A stretch of 63,709 nucleotides of DNA, counting the filler, from Lenisia limosa (Eukaryota > Protista > Breviatea), in NCBI GenBank assembly GCA_001655205.1. It is 11 parts of 11 records of this genome, joined end to end, with 100 filler letters (N's around TTAATTAATTAA, not from the genome) between each part and the next. Parts side by side here need not be neighbours in the genome. Positions count along the whole stretch, not along the records: positions 46,784 to 54,755 come from LPNZ01009666.1; positions 54,856 to 62,423 come from LPNZ01005869.1; 9 more parts are not named here. The stretch is one strand, 5' to 3'. This document shows positions 51,201 to 62,303 of this stretch, one piece after another. A program made the translations under genes and the position numbers. Within the stretch, counting starts at the first letter, position 1, and each line of letters starts with the position of its first letter. The notes beneath the pieces are model-generated. The model was not told where the DNA came from. It worked only from the letters and a program-made list of their open reading frames with translations, and made no database searches.

Positions 51201-52977
51201 ACTGTGAAACAAGACGGCGGATGGTATCGGAGGAGGAGGGTGAGGGGGAACGAGTGGATGGATGCTAAAAAAAAAATAAACACCACGCTTATATGTGTAA
51301 ACTATGATAAGGAAAAATAAAATAACGAGACATCCCTCTAACTTGGCAACAATAACATTTCCCTCAATAAATGGAAGAGAGAAAATGGGTATTTTGTAAC
51401 AATAAAATATCAAATAGAAATAGGGCTGGCATATTTCACAGAAAAGACCAGAATTATAGACGTTTACATATCAAAAGAGGAAGTATTATGGGACCAAGTG
51501 CCTACATGATCTTCGTAAGGAGATAAATGGGAAGGAGATACAGCCTCCTCCCGGGGTTGGAACGTGGCAGATGAGATGTTGAGATCGTCACTCGTGATGC
51601 TGGTGTCAAGGTTACTGTTGTCGTCAACTTCCTGCAAGTCTTCCTCGGCTTGCATGTCGTCCTCTTCCTGGGGGTCCAGGCCCACAGCCTTCAGGGTCAA
51701 ATATGGTTGTAAAGGCGATGTTTCTGAAGCCATCAACATACATATTTATACCAAGGATGCTGGTTTTATGAGAAATAAAGGGGTTTCTGGCCGAAGCCCT
51801 CCACCATCAAGTTTAAATACTATTTCCTCTATAAAAAGCTTTCTATACATCAATACGGATAGAAAGATTAAGAAAAAGTCAAAATTAACCATTTAATCAT
51901 CATCTGGATGTCAATAAAGGGATAGCAGCCTGAACTCACGGTAAAGAGGTACTCATAGTGCTCTATGAGGGATCGAACCAACGCAACTGTCCCGCGGCCC
52001 CCCATCATCATGGCAAGCTACAAAGTAAGGCCATAAGTGGATGGATATATTGATTATGACAGAGGGACATTTCATTTTCCTATTTTTGATCATCATTGCA
52101 GTTTCACTGAAGTAATGTAATGTATTTCGACCAGGGAGCAACATATTCTCATATACAGTTGCACCTATTCACAATCACCCTTCCATGCTAAACACAACTC
52201 TAAAGATATCATTCAGAAACCCAATTGTTTACAATCACATCAGACTCATATGTAACACAACCCTGCCAACAGGACTCTCGTTTCTTTTGTCGAAAAGACT
52301 CGGCGTGAGACAGATAGCAATGTTTGAGGGAGTCATTTTATTTGTGTCTTGGTGGAGCGAAATGTCAAAGAAGAACGCGAAAAGATGTCTCATAACCAGG
52401 AAAAGGCCCTCGGGAAGATCCCTCAGCGCCACCCAGAGGGTCTGTAGTCGGGTGTCCTCATCATCTGATTCTGATCGGTAAGCTCGGAGGAAGTGAAAAA
52501 AAAACCATACCTTGGGTCTTTAAAAATGATTCATAGTACTCATCAGTCACAATTGGCTCAGGAAGGCAACGGAGGTACTTCTTCAGGGCTGACGCAACGG
52601 ATAAAACGTCGTCCCCAAAGACACAGTCCCCGGCTGGGTGGGTTAGGACGCACAAACCAAGAAGAAACCCACTCGTTTCGAAGGCTTCACAGATCTCGTC
52701 GACTTTTCTTACATTTCCAGGAACTCGAAAGATTCCTTCAGCTTTCAACCCTGATAGTAAACCCAATTCAACAAAAAAGCCTACCATTCTCTCTCAAATA
52801 CTCGACCATACGGACTAGGATGTTGGGAACACCACCATCCCTCTCGATAATCGAGGTAATAGGCCTACCAAAGAGTTGAGGTGACTGTTCTGTGGGTGTA
52901 GTCAGAGTCTGTTCTTTCATACCGACCAACATACCTTTTTCTGAAAACTTTTTCTTCTTCCCTTTCTTAAATAACAT
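48286..52977 (-). CDS. FAM13-type RhoGAP protein
   Basis: N-terminal RhoGAP (LFGRPI..VP..MVEYL..G|LKAEGIFRVPG, VASALKKYLRCLPEP, NKMTPSNIAICLTPSL, LIEHYEYLF) and two FAM13 C-terminal repeats (EKACIKRELRRYD..RP|PTKSEKEVMRPLYS|RYKEVK; EKRNLQ|IFLHHFQNDF..VQTVEDRQPIAEEYRR|YKAVK). Confidence 0.88.
50023..50159. repeat. 45-46 bp tandem repeat x3 in a FAM13 intron
   Basis: AACAAATAAACATCAAAACCTCCATTTCACCCCC(C)TCCCAAGTGAG. Confidence 0.95.
50227..50299. mobile_element. MITE family A, internally deleted, in a FAM13 intron
   Basis: AGGCTTCACTTCGG...CAAAGTGAAGCCCT. Confidence 0.8.
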
Positions 52978-53078
52978 TTTCACCGGAAATTATGGTGTTA
53001 AACATACACTAGGCTACCATGTATCAACTCTATACTTCAAAAAAACGCCACACTTTTTTTTCACTTAAATACTGTCAG

Positions 53079-53088
53079 CCCCGGCCCG
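53079..53088 (+). promoter_or_regulatory. CCCCGGCCCG in the FAM13/IFT54 head-to-head spacer
   Basis: 65 bp upstream of the IFT54 ATG. Same 10-mer upstream of IFT20. Confidence 0.35.
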
Positions 53089-53152
53089 TTTTTTCCTTTT
53101 TCATTTTTTTTTTGTTGGAAAAAATGCATAAAAACCTGAAATATATGACAGT

Positions 53153-54755
53153 ATGGATGAGTTAAAAGCAAATGTTACAGAAGCGCTCTCATCGCTCATC
53201 AGCAAGCCCGCTCTCAAAGATAAACTTCTTTCTAAGCCACCTTTTCGCTTTCTCCACAGCATTATATCGTATGTTTCGAAAATTAAATCATATGTTTCGA
53301 CTCACGTTGATTTAGAGAAGTAACCTCTGCAACTGGTTTCGCCCAAGGGCTCTTCAACGATCAGGAACTTGATGCCACTTCTTTCGGCGTTTGGGGGAAA
53401 TTTCCATGATGGTAGTTACTATTGGGTAAAATTTTGGCAATGAAAAGATCTGCGTTGCGAAAGCTAATATATTTTTGACTGGAGTTTCAACGGAATAACA
53501 GCATAAACGGGGTAACGTAACACCTCTGACAAGTTAGGACAAGGCAGCGAAGGTGGCCTATCTGACTAAAATTGTTGATTGTGTTGGGATTGCCCTCCAG
53601 AAACCAGGTGAGTTCTCAATTGGGGGAGGGTTATACTGAAGCTGTTCCAATATTTGTGTTCATATGAGCATCTACAAGGACTCAATTAGCCCTTAATTAG
53701 TGCCTTATTAAACCCTTAATTAGTGCCCATTTTTTACAGTTTATGCTTCTCTGATACTTCTAATATCTGAAACATAACACCAATGTGAAACACCTTTTAT
53801 GTTGATCGTTATGGTCATGAGTAGACGTGGTCTCATTGTATCACATTTAACTTGCTATTCATATTCCATCTTATTTACCCAGTGAATGTCAACCCTGGCA
53901 AGATTACTGCAGGTTCTGAGGTCGAGAAAACCCTGAATTTCCTCCTGTTGCTTGCTCGCTGCGCCTCTGGTGAGCGAGCGTACATTTCTGATTCTTGGTC
54001 ATACTGAAATGTCCTTTTGAAAAGTGAAAGTTCTGGGTACATTATTGAGTAATCATAATTATTCGAATCAGAACTTCCACAAGCCCCCTGGTGTGTATTT
54101 CCCACTTTCCATAGATGGTAAAAATGTCGACTTAGCCCCTCCAGGAATATATCGTTTACAACTTCAGGCAAGGTGAAGGTTGCAAGTAGCGATGCCGTCC
54201 AACAAGTGCTTGCCGGAAAGTCTGCCCCAGCCAAGAAGACCAGACCCAGCTCACAGAAGCCCCGAGATGAACCACGGGAAGCTCGTGAAGATGAAACCGT
54301 ATGATTCAATGATATAATATGAAGAGAGGCATGAAGCTGTATGATTCAATGATATAATATGATTATACAATAGATTTCAGCGAAGAAAGCCACGAGGTAA
54401 CATGGATGGATTGAGGGGAATAAACTGTAGGGGCATTCTCTGCTTCCCTGATTCTTTGCAAAGCCGTTACTCCTATTCAGGCGGCACCGGAGGAAAAGGA
54501 GCGTCGTCGCAGTGAACGCTCAAGTGAAGATAAGGAAGTTGGCGGGAATAATTGAGATAGCCCCCTTTCCATAGAGGTTCTTCAGTGCATATGATTTCAA
54601 AAATCCGTGCTCGATTTTTTTACCTCAGATTATTTGATACGCGAAATGCTATTCTAAAACATATTCTTTAACTAGTTTACTGGTTTTGTTGGAAGTAGTG
54701 AGCAATAGACGTTTGCTCACTTTTGCAGAAGCGCCGGGAGCACAGAAGTTCTGAG
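53153..54755 (+). CDS. IFT54: Intraflagellar transport protein 54 (TRAF3IP1/MIP-T3), 5' part
   Basis: LISKPALKDKLLSKPPFRFLHSIIS|EVTSATGFAQGLF..|DKAAKVAYLTKIVDCV..|VNVNPGKITAGSEVEKTLNFLLLL..SSDAVQQVLAG is the IFT54 N-terminal CH domain. Cut at the linker. Confidence 0.95.
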
Positions 54756-54905
54756 NNNNNNNNNNNNNNNNNNNNNNNNNNNNNNNNNNNNNNNNNNNNT
54801 TAATTAATTAANNNNNNNNNNNNNNNNNNNNNNNNNNNNNNNNNNNNNNNNNNNNACATCATATCACTGTCATTACTTCTTCTACCACTAAGTCACCTTC
54901 TCTAG

Positions 54906-55914
54906 TACGGTTCGAGAGCACTCCACTTTGCAGTATTCAAAGGCCAGACTGAAACTGTTGAAGCTCTCCATGAATTGGGTGCAGACATAGAAGCTAAAGA
55001 TAAAGTAGGATGAATACCTAAATGCCACCGTATTATTACCCCATCATATCACTATCATTATTTCCACCACTACGTCACCTTCTCTAGGACGGTAAGACAC
55101 CACTCCACATTGCAGCAACCTTTGGGCAGACTGAAACTGTGAAAGCTCTCTATAAATTGCGTGCAGATATGGAAGCTAAAGATCAAAAAGTATGAATATC
55201 TAGATTCCACCTTATTATTACCACATCATATCACTGTCATTACTTCTTCTACCACTAAGTCACCTTCTCTAGTACGGTTCGACAGCACTCCACTTTGCTG
55301 CAGTCAAAGGCCAGACTGAAACTGTGAAAGCTCTCCATGATTTGGGTGCAGACATAGAAGCTAAAGATAAAGTAGGATGAATACCTAAATGCCACTTATT
55401 ATTACCCCATCATATCACTATCATTATTTCCACCACTACGTCACCTTCTCTAGGTAGGTCGGACACCTCTCCACACTGCAGCAACCTTTGGGCAGACTGA
55501 AACTGTGAAAGCTCTCCATCAATTGGATGCAGACATGAAAGCTAAAGATCAAGTAAGATGAATATCTAGCTCTACCTTATTATTACCACATCATATCACT
55601 TCTACTACTAAGTCACCTTCTCTAGGACGGTCGGACACCACTCCGCTTAGCAGTAATCAACGACCGGACTGAAGCTGTCAAAGTTCTCCATGAATTGGGT
55701 GCAGAGATGGAAGCTAAAGATAAAGTAAGATGAATTATCAAGATTCCTCCTTATAATTACCCCTCCACTGTCATTACTTCTACCACTATGTCACCTTCTC
55801 TAGTACGGCGCGATATTCAAGAAAACTGTAAAAGATCTTAGAGAATCGCTTTTAATTCAATCTTTGGCCCGATTGATTTCTTTGCTATCCCCTTCCGCTT
55901 GGTTTGCAAATTAA
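54906..55914 (+). CDS. Ankyrin-repeat protein, 3' part; each repeat is one phase-0 exon
   Basis: Exons 54906-55004, 55088-55189, 55273-55371, 55454-55552 and 55626-55724 each encode xGxTPLHxAAxxGQTETVKALHxLGADxEAKDx. Last exon 55804-55914 ends in TAA. Confidence 0.95.
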
Positions 55915-58094
55915 AAGGTTTTATACAACGATATTTTCAACAGTATGCATACCACCTTCATGATGCTTCAACATTTTCTTTAAAATTCATCAAAAACGTT
56001 GAATATGGGTCTAAAATCACTCTTGCAAAGATGTTGTTGTAGTAATACTTTTGAATTGCACCAATCAAAGAGCAGGAAACCAGAAAAAAACATAAATTGA
56101 ACACAAATGAGCGTAAATACCTAGCAGTGTGAAAATTTGATAGAAAATGTTAATATATCAAGCTAATTTTCTCACCTTCTGTGTCGTTCCAGAACGATAA
56201 ATGCCTAACTGATGCATCATATAATACTTAAATTAGACGAGTATTTCTTCCATTGGCTAAAAAAGAAAAAGAAAAAAAAAAGGAATCATTCTTTAAAAAA
56301 AAGTTGACAAAGTTTCCTCAAATATCTGAAAACCACTATATTTTCTCAAAATATGGACTTCAGATTCGAATTGTCAGAGGAAACTGGGCACACAGGGTTC
56401 GATTCTGATCAATAGTTCAAAATATTTTCTCCCCTTTTTTCTCTTCTTTTTGGTCAAAACTGCTTTGTTTTGATGTTATTGATAATTGTGCTGAAAACTG
56501 TCGATTTTCACCATAAAGGGAGTGTTATTAAAGGGATATTACACGATTTTTGGCTTGTCCACGGTTTTATGTCCACAGTTTCAAACACCAACCTACATGA
56601 TTTTATCACCAATACAGCTTCAAAAATCAACATAACGTGATTCCCCACACTTTTGCGAAAGTAAATTCAATCTGAGTCACAGGATGGAAGGCTAATTTTA
56701 CATATTCTCAAATCAAACTTAAATTAAGTTCCCAGGCTACCTATTAATGTATTAATGGCTCCCAATTGCCAAAAACATCCCAAAACGAATGCAAATTTTT
56801 GGTTCTTTTTTTTAGTTTTTTTTTTTTGGACATTCTTAAAATGAAAATAAAAAGGGTGGGGAACATTCAGAGAGCAATGTAAAAATGTTTGTCGAGTCAG
56901 TTTTTTCGTAAAATATCGATGCCCATATGCCTTATATTATGCTATTTTATATATGATATGTATATTTATTCATAAACACCTGTCAGCCCATTTCAACCAA
57001 TAAATCCCAATCTCAACCAATACCATTGACTTTCACTCACTGATTTAGCGGGTGGTATTGTTTCCTAGTGTTACTTATTACGTCAATTATCTCTTTGTAT
57101 GTGTTTGATTATTTTGATACATTATGGTAGCTCCTGGTGGTTGCTGTACCCATCCATATTCATTAAACTTCGATCAGAAATTAAATCGATGGGAAACCGT
57201 ATATTAATATGAGTACGACTCGTTGCGTCCATTCTATTGACATTTTATTGAAACCATGTTCCCTGAGGAATATTACTCACGATTTATGCAAAAATCACAA
57301 AAGTAGTGTTAAGTAGCAATGACAAAAATTGGTACAGTCACTGTGGAGGGGGCAGTCAGTTATAACCCCGAAAGTTGTTTCGGGGAGAGGGCATTCATAA
57401 ACCCAATTCGTTCAGTCGAAATTCGGGTTTTCAGGTGTCGGGTTTATGCATCACACCGAGGGGGAGGAGATGTAAAGGACACTTCAGTTTTTGGTGGAGG
57501 TGGGCTTGAACTTGATGATAAATACCACCCTGGACCACCTGCCGTCTTCCTTGATCTCGATGAGAATCTCATTGAGAGCCAGAGACTCCAGTTTCCGGAG
57601 ATTGGCAGCCGCCGAGTACCCTAGTGGGTCTTTTATTTATCTACTTGGTGGGGTAGATAAAAACCCCCACTTTTTTGTACAGGATTCGAAAGATAGAGTT
57701 GTTTTTTCACAAATAGTAATTTCCCTTTTTTTTTTTTTTTNNNNNNNNNNNNNNNNNNNNNNNNNNNNNNNNNNNNNNTTTATTGCAGGAATCAAAAGAT
57801 CATAAGGTTATGTAGCATTATTTTGAAATTAGGAAAATTCCACAGCGGGAACATGCTTAGAATAGGGCCTACATTAGCGGCTAGAAGAACCAATTCTGAG
57901 TTCGCACCTGCTGGTTGGTGTTTTTTTATGACATGTATTAAAACGCTTAGCAGGTTGACGTTTCCAGTTATAGCAGAGTAAAGATCTCATAGTTTTTGTG
58001 AATATTAGCAACATCCTGTCCAGAGAAATTGAATTTTAGAATTTTGTTATCATTATTCGCAACCAGCATTGATCCAGTGTTAAAGTCAATCGAT

Positions 58095-58188
58095 TGTGAT
58101 CTAATCCAAAAAAAGACTGAAATTCTCGATAAATCCTCGATAATTTTCGATATTTTACCGGTCTTTTTCGGACCGGAGTGAAGCCCTA
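58095..58188. mobile_element. MITE family A, left end eroded
   Basis: Core plus GGACCGGAGTGAAGCCCTA. Confidence 0.75.
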
Positions 58189-59324
58189 GATACAAGTCTT
58201 CGGTTTTGGTCAGCCTGGTATAGTATTTCACGATAGTCAGTGGATTTTGAACAATACACTATCTTATGAACTGCTCCATTAGGTTATTCTCGGAGAATGG
58301 AGAACAAACAAAACACAACCTGATTAAATATACTAAATAATACAAACAACAACAAACTAATCTTCAAAACACCTGACCAATGGATCTTGAAACTGGCCTG
58401 GGGGGGGGGGTAACAAGATGAGGCAATGAAATTCGGTTGATTTACTAAAGAGTAGAATCACTCTACAGTTGCAGAAATCAACATCAATTCAGGTACTTGC
58501 AGGAGATGCTCTCATGTTTAAGAACACAAAACCCGAAGAGCGCAAACGCTCACAAGCCCGTTATCATGCGCACGTAATGCATATAACACAAACTCGGGTT
58601 TATGCGTACGCAATTATTTATCACGCATCTGATCATATACTATATTATAGCCACTCGAATAGTAATAGCGACAAGTCTCAATGATACTCTCATACACTCG
58701 GGGTGAACCCTCTTCTTATCAATTTCGACTTGAAAGTCGGTCATAAAATCACTCCTGCCCTCCATACGCTCTTGAGGCATATAAGAAACTCATGAGACTA
58801 TTAGTACCAGGGCGGATTGGTTCTCTCTTGTTCAACACAGTAAGTGAAAAAGAAATGATAACACGTGATATTAATAAGGTCTCTAGCCCCTCTTCCTCCC
58901 TCTATTTTTGCTTTCTCCCCCCTCCCCCTCGCTCTCTCTCTCTCTCTCTCTCTCCTATATGTGAGCTGGGGTAGACTTGCGTTTTTCTCTCGACAAGGAC
59001 AAAAATGATAACACGTGGTATTACTGAGTGGTCTCGTAACAGAAATGACTCCATACCCCCCCTCCCCGTTTTAGAGTACAATGCTGATCAACGAATTAGT
59101 TTCTGCGGAGTGTATTTCTTGGTTATTGTATGAAATTTGAATCCCGAATGTGCGCCGATCCGTGATCCTACCGATACGTCAATATTCTTCATCAAAATTC
59201 CTTCGGTTTACCCATATTGCTCATGTTAGTACCGTTACGTCAATATTCTTCATCGAAATTTCCTTTATTTTCCTCCCCCTCCCCTCTTCTGCCTAACTCC
59301 CTATCACACAACATAGTAAACTAA

Positions 59325-59402
59325 AACACAGTGATGAGTCCTGACACGATTGACTGAAGATAAAGCTCAGTATTCGTGTCAGGACATATCGCAGTCAGTG
59401 TA
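59325..59402. mobile_element. MITE family B2 (inner TIR GTCCTGACACGA / TCGTGTCAGGAC; also ~60563-60640)
   Basis: Outer CAGTG...CAGTG ends related to family B, with a different inner arm. Abuts a B copy across a TA run. Confidence 0.7.
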
Positions 59403-59411
59403 TATATATCA

Positions 59412-59493
59412 TACAGTGACCGGGATAAGTCTTGACCGATTTGCTATGGATTATCCTCATGAAAATCGGTCACTATTTAACACGGTCACTGTA
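59412..59493. mobile_element. MITE family B
   Basis: TACAGTGACCGGGATAAGTCTTGACCGATTT...CGGTCACTGTA. Confidence 0.9.
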
Positions 59494-59871
59494 TGTATTA
59501 TGTACCCCCCCCCCACGAAAGGATGAATTTTGATCAAATCTGACTGTTCGGGTTGGAAGCTGCTGGCTCTGCCAATGATGGGCTAATCACTGTCAGAAAC
59601 AAAGGCAAAGAAGGATTAAGCAATTAACGACTAAGGACAGCAATTAACAACGACTCAGGGCAGTTATTTTTTGAGGAAATAATTTGACCAAAATTGAAAA
59701 GGTCCGAAATGGAGTTCTGGTTACAATATGTCTCAATTCAAATTTGACATTCATGATAAATTGCACGGAGTCCTACATAATATACCCCCCCACACAGTGG
59801 TATCTGCTGTGGTACCTAGCATCCATCACAACTATTCCCCTTTCTCAATTAATTGCACGGAGTCCTGCCTT

Positions 59872-59968
59872 ACCCCTTCACTTCGGTCCGAAAAGACTGA
59901 ATTTCTCGAAAAATCATCGAAAATCGTCGATATTTCACTGGTCTTTTTAGGACCGGAGTGAAGCTCTA
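59872..59968. mobile_element. MITE family A
   Basis: CCTTCACTTCGGTCCG...GGACCGGAGTGAAGCTCTA. Confidence 0.8.
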
Positions 59969-60207
59969 ATTATAATTTGTAGATACTGTTAGCTATTGAG
60001 ACTGAAAAGTAAATATACTTGAGAAAGGGTGTGAAGCCGTTCTCACCATTTTTCTTTTTTAAAAAAAAAAGAGAAAAAAAAAATAAAGAAACAAACATCA
60101 AAAATAAATAAAAAAAAGTTTAAACAAAATACCAATTCACACAGTCATTAGCCTTAAAATATCGCACACACAGTTATGCGTGCCTCCCCGGTAAAAACAG
60201 GTGTAAT

Positions 60208-60295
60208 TAGGACTTCACTTCAATCCGAAAAAGACCGGGTAAGTATCGATAATTTCGAGGTTACCGAGAAATTCATTCTTTTTAGTGAAGTCCTA
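60208..60295. mobile_element. MITE family A
   Basis: TAGGACTTCACT...AGTGAAGTCCTA. Confidence 0.8.
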
Positions 60296-61014
60296 GGCGT
60301 ATTACATATTTCAGCTTGTTTTAGTGTAAGGTTTCACTTTTGTCAATGAAACGTAGTCTTCACATCACAAGTCCCTCCCTCACAAACACTAATCATATCA
60401 AAGAAACCACAGCCCTGTCACGTGATTTTGCAATACGCCTTCCAAGCAGGAGGGAGGTCGCACTAAAACATCAATTTGGTAGTTTATTTATCGGATGAAG
60501 AGAGGGTTACTTCTTTCTTAATTCAGCTTTATTGTGAGCATTCTATGGGTTGGGTTACAGGTTCACTGACCGCGATATGTCCTTACACTGGCTGAAGAAA
60601 AAATTAATATTAGTGTCAGGACTTATCATTGTCGTGTACATGTATATGGTGAACGTGTTTAGACATGTCGATATGTATTAGTATATCCCAGGCCAATATA
60701 TCGGCAGAGAAATCATCAACCCAACCTGCTTATGGCTATAAAGCTTCATTGCCGAGCCTGCAGGGTTAGTGAGAGATAAAAAGGAGACTATGGTAAGTCT
60801 TGACAGACATGAATCAGGCACCCCTTCAGAATAATGTGCTACCTGATTTAATATTGTGTTCCTCGCTTCCTGATAATTTTCCCACATACATACACCGTCA
60901 AAAACCAGATGCGTTTGTTGTGCTAATTGTATGGTCACTGCATTGGTAATTCTCTGGAGAAATGAGAAAATATACTGTACCAGCTTGATCCAAACCTGCT
61001 GGGAAAGATGTATC

Positions 61015-61205
61015 ATTATCATCACCACCACCACCACCACTAACATCACCCGTCACCATCATCACTATCATCCCCACCATCATCACTAACATCACCCGTC
61101 ACCATCACCACAAACATCCCCACCATCATCACTAATATCACCACACACATCATCACTAATATCACCACATCTCAAAAACATCATCATCATCATCACTACC
61201 ACCAT
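61015..61205. repeat. Degenerate (CAC/CAT)n low-complexity tract
   Basis: Read directly. Appears intronic in an unidentified minus-strand gene. Confidence 0.85.
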
Positions 61206-61525
61206 GATAGATGGGCTTTCCCACGGCCTGGTAGTACTGCTTGAGGTTTGGCATTTTGCGGAGGTAGAGAAGAGAGTTACCTAGCCATTGTTACAAGTGG
61301 GCGATAAATATCGGAAGTAGGGCTATCAATAGTCAATAATAGTTGTTTTATATATTATATATTACGACAACAAAATACATATAATTCCATGTGCTTTTGC
61401 CATGTTTCCCGCCACCGTAAATCCCAATACGTTCCATCTCAGAGTGAAGCCCTAATTGGAAGGAATTCAAATAGACCTCCACTGTGTGCAAGGAGTTGAA
61501 GCTGTATTAATTATATGTATGCATA

Positions 61526-61604
61526 TACAGTGACTGGGATAAGTCTTGACCGATTTACTATTGATTCCTCATGAAAATAGGTCAAGACTTATCCCGGTCA
61601 CTAT
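61526..61604. mobile_element. MITE family B
   Basis: TACAGTGACTGGGATAAGTCTTGACC...GGTCAAGACTTATCCCGGTCACTATA. Confidence 0.9.
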
Positions 61605-62205
61605 ATTATATGATAGTACTATAGGGCTATATAATATTGTCAAAGTATTGAACAGCGTCAAAATGATTGAACGTCGTATTAAAATACACTATTTCCTCTT
61701 CTATTTTGTTTCAAAAAAGAGTATTGTTTGTCGTCTTTTATCATGGTGATTACAGCAATACTACAAAATTTGATAAAGAAAACCCTTTTTTTTTATTAAC
61801 TAAGACTACATATGATACCTATTAATAACAACAAACACTAGAAAAGACACTAAATATACTAAAGAGTACTCAAGCCTTTGGCTTGCGAGCAATAATTCTA
61901 GCAAGGACACCATGTAATAGCATAAACATCCATACAGACAATACAGAATGAACTAGACAAGAACGACAAGAAAAAACCCTACTACCTATCCTACAACAGC
62001 TTATGCATCCGTAAGCTCTGGCTGTACATCTCCACATGAGCCAAAATACTACTTGCCTAAAAGGGTAATTCATAAAATAAAAAATAAAACTTGCCTCAAA
62101 AGGAAAGTCAAAATTATACTTGCCAAAACACGACACTCAACTCGCTGAGAATAAAAGAGATGACAAATACTCATCAAGTTATTGCCATCTTTACTCTCAC
62201 ACTAT

Positions 62206-62303
62206 TAGGGCTTCCTATGGTCGAAAAAGACCGTTTAAATATCAATATTTATCGAGGATTTATCGAGATATTCGGTCTTTGTTGGGACCATAGGGAGCAC
62301 CTA
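62206..62303. mobile_element. MITE family A, variant subfamily
   Basis: TAGGGCTTCCTATGG...CCATAGGGAGC. Confidence 0.75.

Noticed and set aside
53013-53030. RFX X-box upstream of IFT54
   Set aside because: GCTACCATGTATCAAC deviates too far from GTNRCC-N0-3-RGYAAC.
54700-55004. IFT54-ankyrin fusion gene
   Set aside because: The two are separated by an artificial linker, so adjacency is unsupported.
37747-55914. Minor (U12) intron expansion or non-standard genetic code
   Set aside because: None of the donors I modelled is GTATCCTT/ATATCCTT. Conserved genes end in TAA, TAG or TGA with no need for stop reassignment.
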